Of a DNA stretch of 64,000 bases, positions 9,697 through 19,754 are shown piece by piece. Source of the DNA: an uncultured delta proteobacterium (GTDB taxonomy: Bacteria; Desulfobacterota; Desulfobacteria; Desulfobacterales; B30-G6); the NCBI GenBank assembly GCA_963823335.1, contig CAWGLD010000001.1:1600001-1664000 (forward strand). The letters are read 5' to 3'. How positions within the stretch are numbered: the stretch's first letter is position 1; each line of letters starts with the position of its first letter. The notes below the pieces were generated by a model. The model was given only the letters and a program-made list of their open reading frames with translations, was not told where the DNA came from and searched no databases. The position numbers were made by a program, and so were the translations under genes.

Positions 9697-10644
9697 TCAC
9701 TTAACAAAATCATTCGGATCATTTGGCCGGTATGTATCGAGGGGGGGCCTTTCGTCAAGATTCATTCCGGCTTCCCACCCGAACTGTTCAAAACAGTCTT
9801 TTTCCAGTTTCTTGGTAAACACCCGCATGTTGATTCCCACCGGGCAGGCACGTTCGCATGCACCGCAATCGGTACACCGTCCGGCACAGTGAAATGCTCT
9901 GAGAAAATGAAATGTTCGCACATCCGTGGGGTCCTGTCCTTTGCCCACCCACTGGGGTTTGGCTTCATCCACGAAGCAAGTGGGACAATAGCAGAGGGGA
10001 CAGGCATTTCTGCAGGCATAGCAGCGGATGCAGGGTGACAGGAGCGATTCAAAATAATCCCATTTCTCCTGGGAAGCCATGGCTTCAATTTCTCGCACAT
10101 CCGCAAACCGGTCTACATCTTGTTGTTCCTCGACCTTTTCCGCCACGAGCTCGTCATATATGACGGGATTGCGGTGGGTACAGACCGCGCAGTTTTTCTG
10201 CAGAACGTCCAGCTTGTTCAGGGTTTTTTCCTTGCCGCCTGCCGTCACCAGGATTTTATCCCCATTTTCAGTCACATCCTGAATTTCATCCGCAAACAGG
10301 GTGGCAATTTTGTGCTTGTCGAGCATGCCCTTGCAGGGGACACCGATCACCACGAGTTGCTCCCGGCTGATTTTGTTTTCGATAATATGGGTTGCGATAT
10401 TTCTCGTGTCGCATCCCTTGGCGACAATACCGATTCTTTCTTTACGGTTGGTCAGGTAGTTGGCCAGGTTGATACCGCAGTTGCTGTCCCAGACAAACTG
10501 GGCGACATCCTCGGGTGTCCTGGCAAAGCAGGGCTCATTCATCATGGGCAGGGTTCCCTTGCGGAATCCGATCACCATCTCCACCGAACAGTCTTTTAAC
10601 AGACGTTCGGAGATTTCTTTAATTTTATCTATGTAATCTAACAT
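9697..10644 (-). CDS. flxC: FlxC, 4Fe-4S dicluster subunit
   Basis: KGCD, GVPC.G, CIRCYACRNACPLCYC, HCAGRCTDCGACERACP. Confidence 0.85.
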   Translation of the reverse strand: MLDYIDKIKEISERLLKDCSVEMVIGFRKGTLPMMNEPCFARTPEDVAQFVWDSNCGINLANYLTNRKERIGIVAKGCDTRNIATHIIENKISREQLVVIGVPCKGMLDKHKIATLFADEIQDVTENGDKILVTAGGKEKTLNKLDVLQKNCAVCTHRNPVIYDELVAEKVEEQQDVDRFADVREIEAMASQEKWDYFESLLSPCIRCYACRNACPLCYCPTCFVDEAKPQWVGKGQDPTDVRTFHFLRAFHCAGRCTDCGACERACPVGINMRVFTKKLEKDCFEQFGWEAGMNLDERPPLDTYRPNDPNDFVK

Positions 10645-10645
10645 G

Positions 10646-11077
10646 TTATGCTACCTTGGCGTCATCTTTTTTAAAGTGTTGTTGCGGTCCCAGGGCTTTA
10701 ACCTTTTCGGTCACCTCTTTGACCACCTTTACAAACTTGGTGGATTCAGCCGAGGAGATCCAGGAGAAATGGATACGATCAGACTCGATACCCATGTGTT
10801 CCATCAGGTTCATGAAAAGCGAAAATTTTCGACGAGCATAGTAATTACCTTCCAGGTAATGGCATTCGCCGGGATGTCACCCGGACACCCAGACGCCGTC
10901 GGCACCCTCGCGAAGTGCGGCCAGCGCAAACTTGGGACTCATTCTACCGGTACAGGGTATCCGGATGATCCGAATATTGGGGGGATACTCCATTCTGCCG
11001 ACACCGGCAAGGTCTGCGGCACCGTAACTGCACCAGGTACAAAGGAAACTGACAATCTTCGGTTCCCATTCAGACAT
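10646..11077 (-). CDS. flxD: FlxD/MvhD-like [2Fe-2S] subunit, probable selenoprotein (UGA at 10877-10879), 143 aa
   Basis: [18 protein letters not shown], then [16 protein letters not shown] (family motif GCHPGDCHY). The frame continues to TAA at 10646, 1 nt before the flxC ATG; RBS GAGGAG. Confidence 0.92.
10844..10860 (-). promoter_or_regulatory. Candidate bacterial SECIS hairpin in flxD
   Basis: AUUACCU-GGA-AGGUAAU starting 16 nt after the UGA, with G-first apical loop. Confidence 0.7.
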
Positions 11078-11156
11078 ATTTTTGTCTCCTCTCTCTATTG
11101 TGGTCTTGCTTACTATTGCATACAATAAGGATCGAACTTATAAATCTAATTTTTAG

Positions 11157-11380
11157 CCTTTTAGGGGTTTAGGCTGTAGACTATTAGGCGCCTTTTGCCC
11201 TGCGGGCGATATTTAGCTTTCAGCTGTCATTTGTCCTATCGGACGACATTAGCGCTTCGCGCGTCATTAATTGTTGCTTATAGCGGTATGCTATAAGCTA
11301 TAAACTGCTTACCGCTTAATGCTCATTTACTGTCAGCCACCCTCGACCCCTTGTATCCCCCTCCAACCCTCAAACCCTTC
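11157..11380. repeat. Composite intergenic repeat block shared with 43069-43160
   Basis: CCTTTTAGGGGTTTAG...ACTATTAGG, heptamer GCTTA/TAAGC units, and GCCACCCTCGA.CCCTTGTA.CCCC. Confidence 0.7.
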
Positions 11381-11381
11381 T

Positions 11382-14300
11382 TTACACTGCTTCATTCATC
11401 GCAAAAATCTGTGAAAAAATCTGATCGTTGTCAAAGCCTTTCAGCTTGATGGCACCGGACCGGCAGGAAGCGACACACAGGCCGCAGCCTTTACACAGAA
11501 CCGAATTGATCTTGGCCTTGCCGGAAAAAGGGTCACTTTCTCGTAAATGAAGGTGCGTTGATAAGGGCAGATGGATATGCAGACACCACAGGAACTGCAG
11601 TCCGCAGGAGATGTTGCCGCCACGGTTCCGCTGGTGAATATCGTCTGGCGGGAAAGCAGGGTAATTGCACGCGAAGCAGCGGCCTTTCCCTGAGCGATGG
11701 ACTCATCGATCGGTTTTGGGTAGTGGGCGAGCCCACACAGAAAAACACCATCAGTTGCAAATTCAGAGGGTCCCAGTTTGGCATGTTTTTCCACAAAGAA
11801 ACCATCGTCATTTAATGGCACCTTGAAAAACTGAGCCAGTGCTTCGTCTTTGTTGGGTATAACGGCGGATGCAAGAGAAAGCAGATCTGCTTCTATTTGT
11901 AGTGGACGACCCAGTACATGATCCGTGATTTTGACGATAACCCGGTTTTCATTTATGAGAACCTCAGGCTTTGTTTTCCAGGGTATAACGGATGAAAATA
12001 ACACCGGCTTCACGTGCTTTCTTGTAGAGGATCTCTCGTTCACCGTATGTCCGGATGTCCCGGTATAGGATATAGACACCCATTTCCGGGTTTAATTTTT
12101 TCAATTCCAAGGCATTGTCGATTGAATGCGTACAGCAGACACGTGAGCAGTAGAGGCGATCTGGCTCTCTGGATCCGACACACTGTATAAAAACCGCCGA
12201 AGTCAGATCTTTAAGCGAAGGATCACCATCAATCAGTTTTCTATCCAGCTCAAGACTGGTCAGAATTCGTTGATCTTTTCCATAAGAGTACTCATTCGGT
12301 TTCAGGGCGGTCGCACCGGTGGCCAGTACGCCACACCATGTTCCAGAACCGTTGTGGTATTGCCGGAGGTCAGCGTCGGTCTTGAAGTTGCCGACGAATC
12401 CATCCACAGTCGGCAGTTTCTGTGTTCAGGTGTACCTGGACATGGTCATCTTTTTCAATATCGGAAATGAGTGCGGTTAATTTTTCCTGTATAGACTCGC
12501 CTTTGGGTGTTTTAAACAGGCTGATGCGCCTGACCGCCCAGTCGGGGATTCTTTTCCACGATATGTGTTTCATATCCCTGCGGGCCAGAGTTTTGGCCGC
12601 GGCCATTCCCGCAATTCCACCACCGACGATGAGTGCAGTTTGGTTAACCTCTAGTTCGGCCTCTACGAGAGGTTCCATGAGAGCAACCTTGGAGACTGCC
12701 ATTCGAACCAGGTCCTTTGCCTTTTCCGTGGCCATATCAGGATTGTTTTTGTGAACCCAGGAGTTTTGATTGCGGATATTGCACATTTCAAACAGGTACT
12801 TGTTCAGCCCTGCATTGATCAGTGTTTCCTGGAAAAGCGGTTCGTGGGTCTTTGGGGTACATGCTGCGACTACGACCCGGTTTAGATTTTTCTCTTTGAT
12901 GATCTGGGATATGGTTTCCTGTGTGTCCTGGGAACACGAATACAGGTTGTCTGTAGCAAAATCTACATAAGGGAGTGATGCTGCATATTCGGCCACACCG
13001 GGCACATCAACGACACCGGCGATGTTGATACCGCATTTACATACAAAAACACCGATCCGGGGTCGTTCGCCAAATACATTTTTTTCTGGCAATATTTCCG
13101 GTGTCTGGGTAAGCGTATTCCTCACGGTCATCAGTTTTTCTCCAGCAGCAGCAGCGGCTGCACTGGCATCGATAACGGCCTGGGGAATGTCCTTTGGCCC
13201 TTGAAATGCGCCACAGACATAAATGCCTTCTTTAGATGTAAGGACGGGATCAAATGTCGAGGTTTTACAGAAGTTACCTTCGGTTAGTTCAATACCCAGT
13301 TTCTGCGCCAGGCTCACTATTTCAGGTGATGTCTCCAGACCGACCGAGAGAACGATCATGTTGAATATCTCTGATACGAGTTCTCCGTTTTCTGTAACGT
13401 ATCTGATCTCAAGGTCATCTGTATCCGGAATCGGGTTAACCGTGTGAACACGACTTCTGACAAACTTGACGCCATGTTTCGTTTTTGCATTTTCGTAAAA
13501 ACGCTCAAACTCCTTTCCGTGGGTTCGCATGTCCATGAAGAAGATGGAGCAATCCAGCTCGTCCCCGAGGTGCTCTTTTGCGATAACCGCCTCTTTGATG
13601 GCATACATGCAGCATACCGAAGAGCAATAGAAATTATCGCATCTATTCAGATCCCTTGAGCCGACGCACTGGAACCAGGCAATTCGTTTAGGTTCAGCCT
13701 TGTCTTTTGAACGTCTTGTGACATGTCCCATGGTGGGTCCGGACGCTGAAAGGATTCTTTCGAATTCCATGGAGGTAATAACATTCGGGAGATTGGCATA
13801 CTGATAGTTGTCAAAACGCGAAGGGTCGAAAGGGGTAAAACCAGGCGCAAGGATGACCGAGCCGACCTGGAGGGTCTGTTTTTCTTCCTTTTGATCGAAA
13901 TCGATTGCATCGGCTTCGCAGAATTTTTTACATGCGCCACACTTGCCTTTTTGCAGATAGATGCAGGAGTCGGGGTCAATGACATACTTTAATGGAACAG
14001 CCTGGGCATATTCAACATATGCTGATTTTCGCTTTGCCAGCCCCATGTTGTAGGTATCGATTATTTTTTTGGGACATTTTTCAGCACATATACCGCATGC
14101 GATACACTTGGATTCGTCAATGTATCTGGGTTGCTGGATGAGTTCGACTTTAAAATTGCCGACCTCTCCAGTAATTTCTTCAACTTTGCTGAGTGTCTTT
14201 ATTTCAATGTTTAAGTGCCGGCCGACCTCGACCAGTTTTGGTGAGATAATTCACATGGCACAATCATTGGTAGGAAAAGTTTTGTCCAATTGCGACATAG

Positions 14301-14430
14301 CGCCACCGATGGAGGGACCTTTCTCTACCAGATATACATAATACCCGGAGTCGGCAAGGTCCAATGCGGCCTGCATGCCAGCGATACCGCCACCAACGAC
14401 CATGACCGATCCAATTAAATCTTTAGGCAT
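11382..14430 (-). CDS. hdrA: Large HdrA-family flavo-iron-sulfur protein (~1014 aa reconstructed); probable selenoprotein (UGA codon 60 at 14251-14253); 3' third frameshifted in this sequence
   Basis: MPKDLIGSVMVVGGGIAGMQAALDLA...LDKTFPTNDCAM-U-IISPKL, in frame with ORF 14046; QCVGSR...CSSVCC; second GGGIAG; second QCVGSR..CSRVCC; C-terminal CSSCGVCISICP and CKGCGLCVASC; stop TAA at 11382. Confidence 0.88.
14218..14235 (-). promoter_or_regulatory. Candidate bacterial SECIS hairpin in hdrA
   Basis: CUGGUCG-AGGU-CGGCCGG starting 15 nt after the UGA. Confidence 0.7.
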
Positions 14431-14683
14431 GACCTCTATCTCCTGCGTTAGGTGTTTAATAGTTTATTGATGTTGTGAACCAAAACCGTTATCAATCATT
14501 TAGCAGGATCGACGGACGATTTATCGAAAATGATTGGCTCAAGAACCAATTGGGTTGTGTATATTGTGCAAAATAGCTTGTCAATAATATTCCATGAATT
14601 TTGTTCAAAATGGTTGCGTTCATATAGCTGTCCATAAACAGGTCATAAGTGGGTGTTGTCAAGGTAGATGCCAATAGATTATA

Positions 14684-14735
14684 TTGAACCGCAACAGCGA
14701 GCGCATTCCCCGTAGCTTGCTGCGAGGTTCTTCAA
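14684..14735. repeat. Palindromic MITE/REP-like repeat (related copies at 24776-24803 and 61573-61651, both in reverse orientation)
   Basis: TTGAACCGCAACAGCGAGCGCATTCCCCGTAGCTTGCTGCGAGGTTCTTCAA. Confidence 0.7.
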
Positions 14736-14788
14736 TTCAATTTGTTGCCACCTTATGACTAGACAGATAAGATTGAAACAATATTAAA

Positions 14789-15703
14789 ATGATACTACCA
14801 AAAGCGATTATCATCTGCGGGCCGACCGGCGTCGGCAAGACATCTTTTGCCATCGAACTTGCCAAGCGCTTCCAGGGAGAAATCATCGGTGCGGACTCCA
14901 TGCAGATATACCGGCATATGGATATCGGCACCGCCAAACCGACCCTGGCGGAACGATCCATGGTTCCCCATCACATGGTGGACATTGTCGACCCGGACGA
15001 ACCCTTCGATGCGGAGAGCTACGCCACCTTGTCGCTTTCCATTGTAATGGCGCTGCAGGCGCGGCAGGTATTACCCTTCGTGGTAGGGGGCACGGGTCTT
15101 TATATCAAGTCCCTGATTTATGGCCTGTTTGATGTGCAGCCCAGGGACAATGAGATTCGGATCCGGTTGAAGCAGGAGGCTGAAAAAGAAGGTGCCGGGG
15201 CGCTTTTTGAACGATTGCAACAGGTGGATCCCGTAACTGCACAAAAATTGCACCTTAATGATAGTTATCGCGTCATACGTGCCCTGGAGGTCTATGAAGC
15301 ATCAGGCGTACCGATTTCCGAATTTCAACAACGACACCGGTTTCAGGAAAGCAGGCTGACGACACTGAAACTGGGTCTGCATATGGATCGGGGCCAACTT
15401 TATGAGCGTATCGATGCGCGTGTTGACATGATGATCCAAGCGGGTCTTGTGGATGAAGTCAGGCGTCTGCGGGAAGCGGGATATTCAGGAGAATTGAAAT
15501 CCATGCAGTCCATCGGCTATCGTCACATGCACGATTTTTTTTGCGGGCGTCTGGATTGGCCGGAAACCATCCGGACCTTGAAGCGGGATACCCGGCGATA
15601 TGCCAAGCGTCAGATGACATGGTTCAAGGCCGACAGGGAGGTTGTCTGGGTGGATCCGGTTGTTTCCGAAGAGATTGAAAATACGATTAAACAATTTATA
15701 TAA
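14789..15703 (+). CDS. miaA: tRNA (adenosine(37)-N6)-dimethylallyltransferase
   Basis: GPTGVGKT, DSMQIYRHMDIGTAKP, VGGTGLY, RALEV, TRRYAKRQMTWF. Confidence 0.97.
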   Translation: MILPKAIIICGPTGVGKTSFAIELAKRFQGEIIGADSMQIYRHMDIGTAKPTLAERSMVPHHMVDIVDPDEPFDAESYATLSLSIVMALQARQVLPFVVGGTGLYIKSLIYGLFDVQPRDNEIRIRLKQEAEKEGAGALFERLQQVDPVTAQKLHLNDSYRVIRALEVYEASGVPISEFQQRHRFQESRLTTLKLGLHMDRGQLYERIDARVDMMIQAGLVDEVRRLREAGYSGELKSMQSIGYRHMHDFFCGRLDWPETIRTLKRDTRRYAKRQMTWFKADREVVWVDPVVSEEIENTIKQFI

Positions 15704-15796
15704 TTGGGGACGATGGTGAAATATGTACATTTGTTCAACTCGTATGTTTAACCAATCGGGTTGAAACAAATGTCAATATTTCACCATCGTCCCCAA
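15704..15796. repeat. 93-bp long inverted repeat (MITE-like hairpin)
   Basis: 21-bp perfect terminal arms TTGGGGACGATGGTGAAATAT/ATATTTCACCATCGTCCCCAA; pairing extends imperfectly to about 38 bp. Confidence 0.85.
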
Positions 15797-15887
15797 ATAC
15801 AAATATCAAGAAATTGTCTTTGACAACTTCCTTTGGCATGTTCATATTAGACCATTGAGAAAATAACTAGAAGGAAAGGAAAAATCA

Positions 15888-16391
15888 ATGACAGCTAAAA
15901 ATAGTCGTTTGCAATGGATGTATAGATGGATACTGTCCGTCGTCATGATGATTGCCATGGGAGCCGGGGTCGGTTTTGCAGTAGAGCCCAAAGACATGGG
16001 CGGATGGGAATTGGGCAGCACCTACAACAGCTACTACAATCCATCGGAGATGGACCGGATCAAATGCACCGTCACGAAGGTAACCACGGTGGTGCCGCTC
16101 AAGGGTATGGCACCGGCTGTTGCGATCCTTGTCGAGGAATCCAAGGGGGATACGACCCTGGTACACATATGCCCGGAGTGGTATTTGGGAATCAAAGATA
16201 TCGGACTCAGGAAAGGTGACGTGTTGAAAATCAGGGGGGCCTGGGCGGAAATCGACGGCAAATTCATTTTTATGGCATCCAAGATCAAAAAAGGCGATTA
16301 CTTTGAGTTGAAGGTCAGATTGACTTCAAATGGAAAGCCTTTTTGGACCATGGGTCCCGAGGAACTGGCCAAGGAAACAGCCAGCAATTAA
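15888..16391 (+). CDS. Exported hypothetical protein, OB-fold-like (resembles the MamS/MamX-type domain)
   Basis: Signal-peptide-like N-terminus; VHICPEWY...GD.LKIRG...G.FIFMASKI...R...GKPFW pattern; RBS AAGGA. Confidence 0.6.
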   Translation: MTAKNSRLQWMYRWILSVVMMIAMGAGVGFAVEPKDMGGWELGSTYNSYYNPSEMDRIKCTVTKVTTVVPLKGMAPAVAILVEESKGDTTLVHICPEWYLGIKDIGLRKGDVLKIRGAWAEIDGKFIFMASKIKKGDYFELKVRLTSNGKPFWTMGPEELAKETASN

Positions 16392-16492
16392 ACACGGTTC
16401 AGCGAACGCGAAATAAACAATCCTCTGACGCTTTGCGAACCCACCATAAGGGTTTGAAAAGCCTAGATCACCATTGGATCACCTATTTTGCT

Positions 16493-17413
16493 CTATATTA
16501 CTATTAACCTACCCTGACGGGTGTCGCGGCGTTCCAGCTCCGCCTGGATCCGAGACAGGGTTTCCATCTTGTTCAGGGACCAGTGGGGTGCGACCAGCTC
16601 ATGCGGGTGCGGGTCACTGGTCAGTCTTTGAACGATCATGTCAGCGGGAATGCGCTCTATAAAATCACACACCAGATCCACATAGGCGGTCTGTGTCAGG
16701 CAGCGGTATGATTCCTGTTGGAGCATGGTTTCAAGCCGCGTTCCCCTGATGACATAGAGAAGATGGATCTTGACGCCGTGGATGCCCAGCCGTGAAATAA
16801 ACCTGGCGGTTTCGTGCACATGATCGGTGGTTTCACCCGGCAGACCCAGAATGACATGCGCACATATCTGAATACCCCTGTTTTGGGTCTCCTCGACGGC
16901 TCTCGCAAAACAGGCTGCATCGTGTCCCCGGTTGATCAGGGACAGGGTGCTGTCGTGGGCAGACTGGAGTCCGTATTCGACCCAGACAAGGCACTTGCCC
17001 GCCATCTCCTGCAGCAGGGCCAGTTTGTCCTGGTCGATGCAGTCCGGCCGGGTCCCAATGGAGATGCCCACGATACCGTCCACACTGATGGCTTCCTGGT
17101 AGAGACGTCTCAGGGTTTCAACAGGGGCATAGGTATTGCTGAATGACTGGAAATAGGCCAGAAACTTCCTGGCTTTGTAACGCTTCGACAGTGCTGTCTT
17201 CCCCTGTTCGAGTTGCTGGGTGATGGAGAGCCCTCTATTGTAAGCCCCTGTTCCCGATCCCCGATCATTGCAAAAAATACACCCTTTTGTGGAGATGGAA
17301 CCGTCCCGATTCGGACATGTCATCCCGGCGTCGACGGTAATTTTCTGGACCCGGCATCCAAAACGCTGGCGCAAGTAGGTGCTGAGATCATTGTATCTTT
17401 TGTCTGCTGCCAT
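16493..17413 (-). CDS. TIGR01212 (YhcC-type) radical SAM protein
   Basis: TCPNRDG...GCIFC, YFQSFSNTY, IGTRPDC, INRGH, HVILGLPGE. Confidence 0.9.
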   Translation of the reverse strand: MAADKRYNDLSTYLRQRFGCRVQKITVDAGMTCPNRDGSISTKGCIFCNDRGSGTGAYNRGLSITQQLEQGKTALSKRYKARKFLAYFQSFSNTYAPVETLRRLYQEAISVDGIVGISIGTRPDCIDQDKLALLQEMAGKCLVWVEYGLQSAHDSTLSLINRGHDAACFARAVEETQNRGIQICAHVILGLPGETTDHVHETARFISRLGIHGVKIHLLYVIRGTRLETMLQQESYRCLTQTAYVDLVCDFIERIPADMIVQRLTSDPHPHELVAPHWSLNKMETLSRIQAELERRDTRQGRLIVI

Positions 17414-17601
17414 AAGGTGTCTGATCTATCTGCGTTTGGAAAATATCTATACCCAAACCAAAATATTTAACCAATTTTGTTGTGATAAACCCAAAATTCG
17501 AATATCGAAATAATAAATGCAATTATGATTGCTGAATATTTTTGTATTCGTCAATGAATATCCTATCATTGTGCAGCGATTTTATTTTGGGAGAGAATTG
17601 A

Positions 17602-19476
17602 TTGGCTTTTTATTCCAATACATATGACGTCATTGTCGTGGGTGCCGGGCATGCCGGTTGTGAAGCTGCCCTGGTGGCTGCCCGGATGGGTTGCCAGGTG
17701 CTGCTGGTGGCCCTGGACCTGGATAAAATCGCGGCCATGCCCTGTAGCCCTTCCATTGGCGGCATGGCCAAGGGCCAGCTGGTCAAAGAAGTGGATGCCT
17801 TGGGTGGTGAGATGGCCAGAATTACCGACCGTTCGGCCATACAGTACCGGATGCTGAACACCAAAAAGGGTCCGGCTGTACACTCTTCCCGAACGCAGAA
17901 CGATAAGATGCGTTACCATCTGGCCATGAAACAGGTGGTGGAAAACCAGCCCAACCTGACACTCAAGCAGACCATGGTGGAACGACTGGTGGTGGAGGGC
18001 GGGAGGGTCACGGGTATTGAAGACCGTACGGGTTTCGGCTACCAGGCCAAAACAGTGATTCTGGCAACCGGTACCTTTTTGAGCGGTCTTGTTCATATCG
18101 GTTTTTCGTCCATGAAAGCAGGCAGGGCTGGAGAATTTGCTTCATACGGGCTTGCACAGAGTCTCAGGGAACTCGGATTCAGCCTGGGAAGGATGAAAAC
18201 AGGAACCCCACCAAGACTTTACAAGGCCAGCATCGATTTCAGCAGATTCGAGAAGCACGAAATGGATGAAGTGCCCATACTGTTTTCGTATTTTTCCAAA
18301 AGCGCCGAACTGAAACAGATGCCGAGCTATATCGGACATACCAATAAGCGCTCCCATGAGATCGTTCAAAAAAATCTCAAATACTCGGCCCTGTACGGTG
18401 GCATGATCAAGGGTGTTTCGGCCCGCTATTGTCCTTCCTTTGAAGATAAGATCGTGAGATTTCCGGACAGGGATCGTCATCAGATTATCCTGGAGCCCGA
18501 AGGGATCGAGACGAACGAGATATATGCCAGTGGTCTTGGAAACAGTCTTCCCCTGGAGATTCAGATTGAATTTGTACGCTCGGTGGAAGGACTGGAATCA
18601 GCCGAGATCATGCGTCCTGCCTATGCCATCGAGTACGATTTTGTGAACCCGGTGCAGTTGAAGGCGACCCTCGAAACCAAACGTGTGCCGGGTCTGTATC
18701 TGGCCGGACAGATCAATGGCACCTCCGGATACGAGGAAGCGGCCGCCCAGGGTTTGTGGGCCGGAATCAATTCTGCCAGTCAGGTACAGCGGCGACCGGA
18801 TTTCATTCTGGACAGATCCCAGGCGTATATGGGGGTAATGGTGGATGATCTGATAACGCGGGGGACCCGGGAGCCCTACCGCATGTTCACCTCACGGGCA
18901 GAATACCGTCTGATGCTGCGTGAAGACAATGCAGATCTGCGGCTCATGCAGATTGGAAACAGTCTTGGCCTGATCGACGACGACACACTGAAAGACGTGC
19001 ATGACAGGCAAAAACAGATCGCTGCCGAGATCAAGAGAGTCAAAGGGGTGGTGATCAAACCTTCCGAGACCGTAAACACGTATCTGCAAAGCCAGGGTAC
19101 GCGGTTACTGAAAGACGGGATCTATCTGGACCGGCTCCTGAAAAGAACAGAACTATCCTATCATGCTGTCGAAGTGCTGGCACCGGGACCGAACCCCATA
19201 AGCGGGAAAGTGGTCAAACAAGTGGAAATCGAGATTAAATATGAAGGATATATCCACAGGCAAATGCGGGAAATTGAAAAATTCAATCATCTGGAAAAAA
19301 TGAAGATTCCTGCGGGATTCGATTATTTTGCCGTACATGGTCTCTCAAATGAATTGAAAGAAAAGTTGAACGCCATCCAGCCCGTATCACTGGGGCAGGC
19401 ATCCCGAATGGAAGGGATAACTCCTGCGGCCATATCCGTTCTCATGATAGCGCTTAAGGCCGGCCCTGTTATCTAA
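17602..19476 (+). CDS. mnmG: tRNA uridine-5-carboxymethylaminomethyl(34) synthesis enzyme MnmG (GidA)
   Basis: [59 protein letters not shown] start. Confidence 0.97.
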   Translation: MAFYSNTYDVIVVGAGHAGCEAALVAARMGCQVLLVALDLDKIAAMPCSPSIGGMAKGQLVKEVDALGGEMARITDRSAIQYRMLNTKKGPAVHSSRTQNDKMRYHLAMKQVVENQPNLTLKQTMVERLVVEGGRVTGIEDRTGFGYQAKTVILATGTFLSGLVHIGFSSMKAGRAGEFASYGLAQSLRELGFSLGRMKTGTPPRLYKASIDFSRFEKHEMDEVPILFSYFSKSAELKQMPSYIGHTNKRSHEIVQKNLKYSALYGGMIKGVSARYCPSFEDKIVRFPDRDRHQIILEPEGIETNEIYASGLGNSLPLEIQIEFVRSVEGLESAEIMRPAYAIEYDFVNPVQLKATLETKRVPGLYLAGQINGTSGYEEAAAQGLWAGINSASQVQRRPDFILDRSQAYMGVMVDDLITRGTREPYRMFTSRAEYRLMLREDNADLRLMQIGNSLGLIDDDTLKDVHDRQKQIAAEIKRVKGVVIKPSETVNTYLQSQGTRLLKDGIYLDRLLKRTELSYHAVEVLAPGPNPISGKVVKQVEIEIKYEGYIHRQMREIEKFNHLEKMKIPAGFDYFAVHGLSNELKEKLNAIQPVSLGQASRMEGITPAAISVLMIALKAGPVI

Positions 19477-19578
19477 TAAAACTTTTCAATATCAATGAGT
19501 TCAATAACAATAACCTTGCTTGACACAACTGGTCAAAGCGCTTAACTTAGACGCCATAGGGCGACATATGTAATAATT

Positions 19579-19686
19579 GGATTCAAGGGGAATAGGGTTC
19601 ATTGCTTTTGTTGAGTTTCTTGGGTTCGTTGGGTTGCCGGGGAAATCAATCTTCGGAAAGCAAACACGTGATCCCTTGAACCCTTT
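19579..19686. repeat. Short tandem nonamer-like repeats bounded by GGATTCAAGGG/CCCTTGAACCC
   Basis: ttcattgct tttgttgag tttcttggg ttcgttggg units between inverted ends. Confidence 0.5.
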
Positions 19687-19754
19687 TCGCAAACAACTCG
19701 GAAAAGAGATAGCATTTTTAATACAATTAAATAGTAGAAATAAGGTTAAACTAT

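Noticed and set aside
11533-11536. Possible further selenocysteine (TGA) near the hdrA C-terminus
   Set aside because: It is not at a Cys motif (Gly expected in a KGPF-like context) and lies inside the indel-rich stretch, so it is likely an error.
11441-12407. ORFs 11441-12079 and 11964-12407 as separate genes, or programmed frameshifting
   Set aside because: They are consecutive pieces of one HdrA; there are too many shifts and no consistent slippery sites.
14455-14620. Rex operator upstream of hdrA
   Set aside because: Only partial TGTGAA/TTCA half-sites with the wrong spacing.
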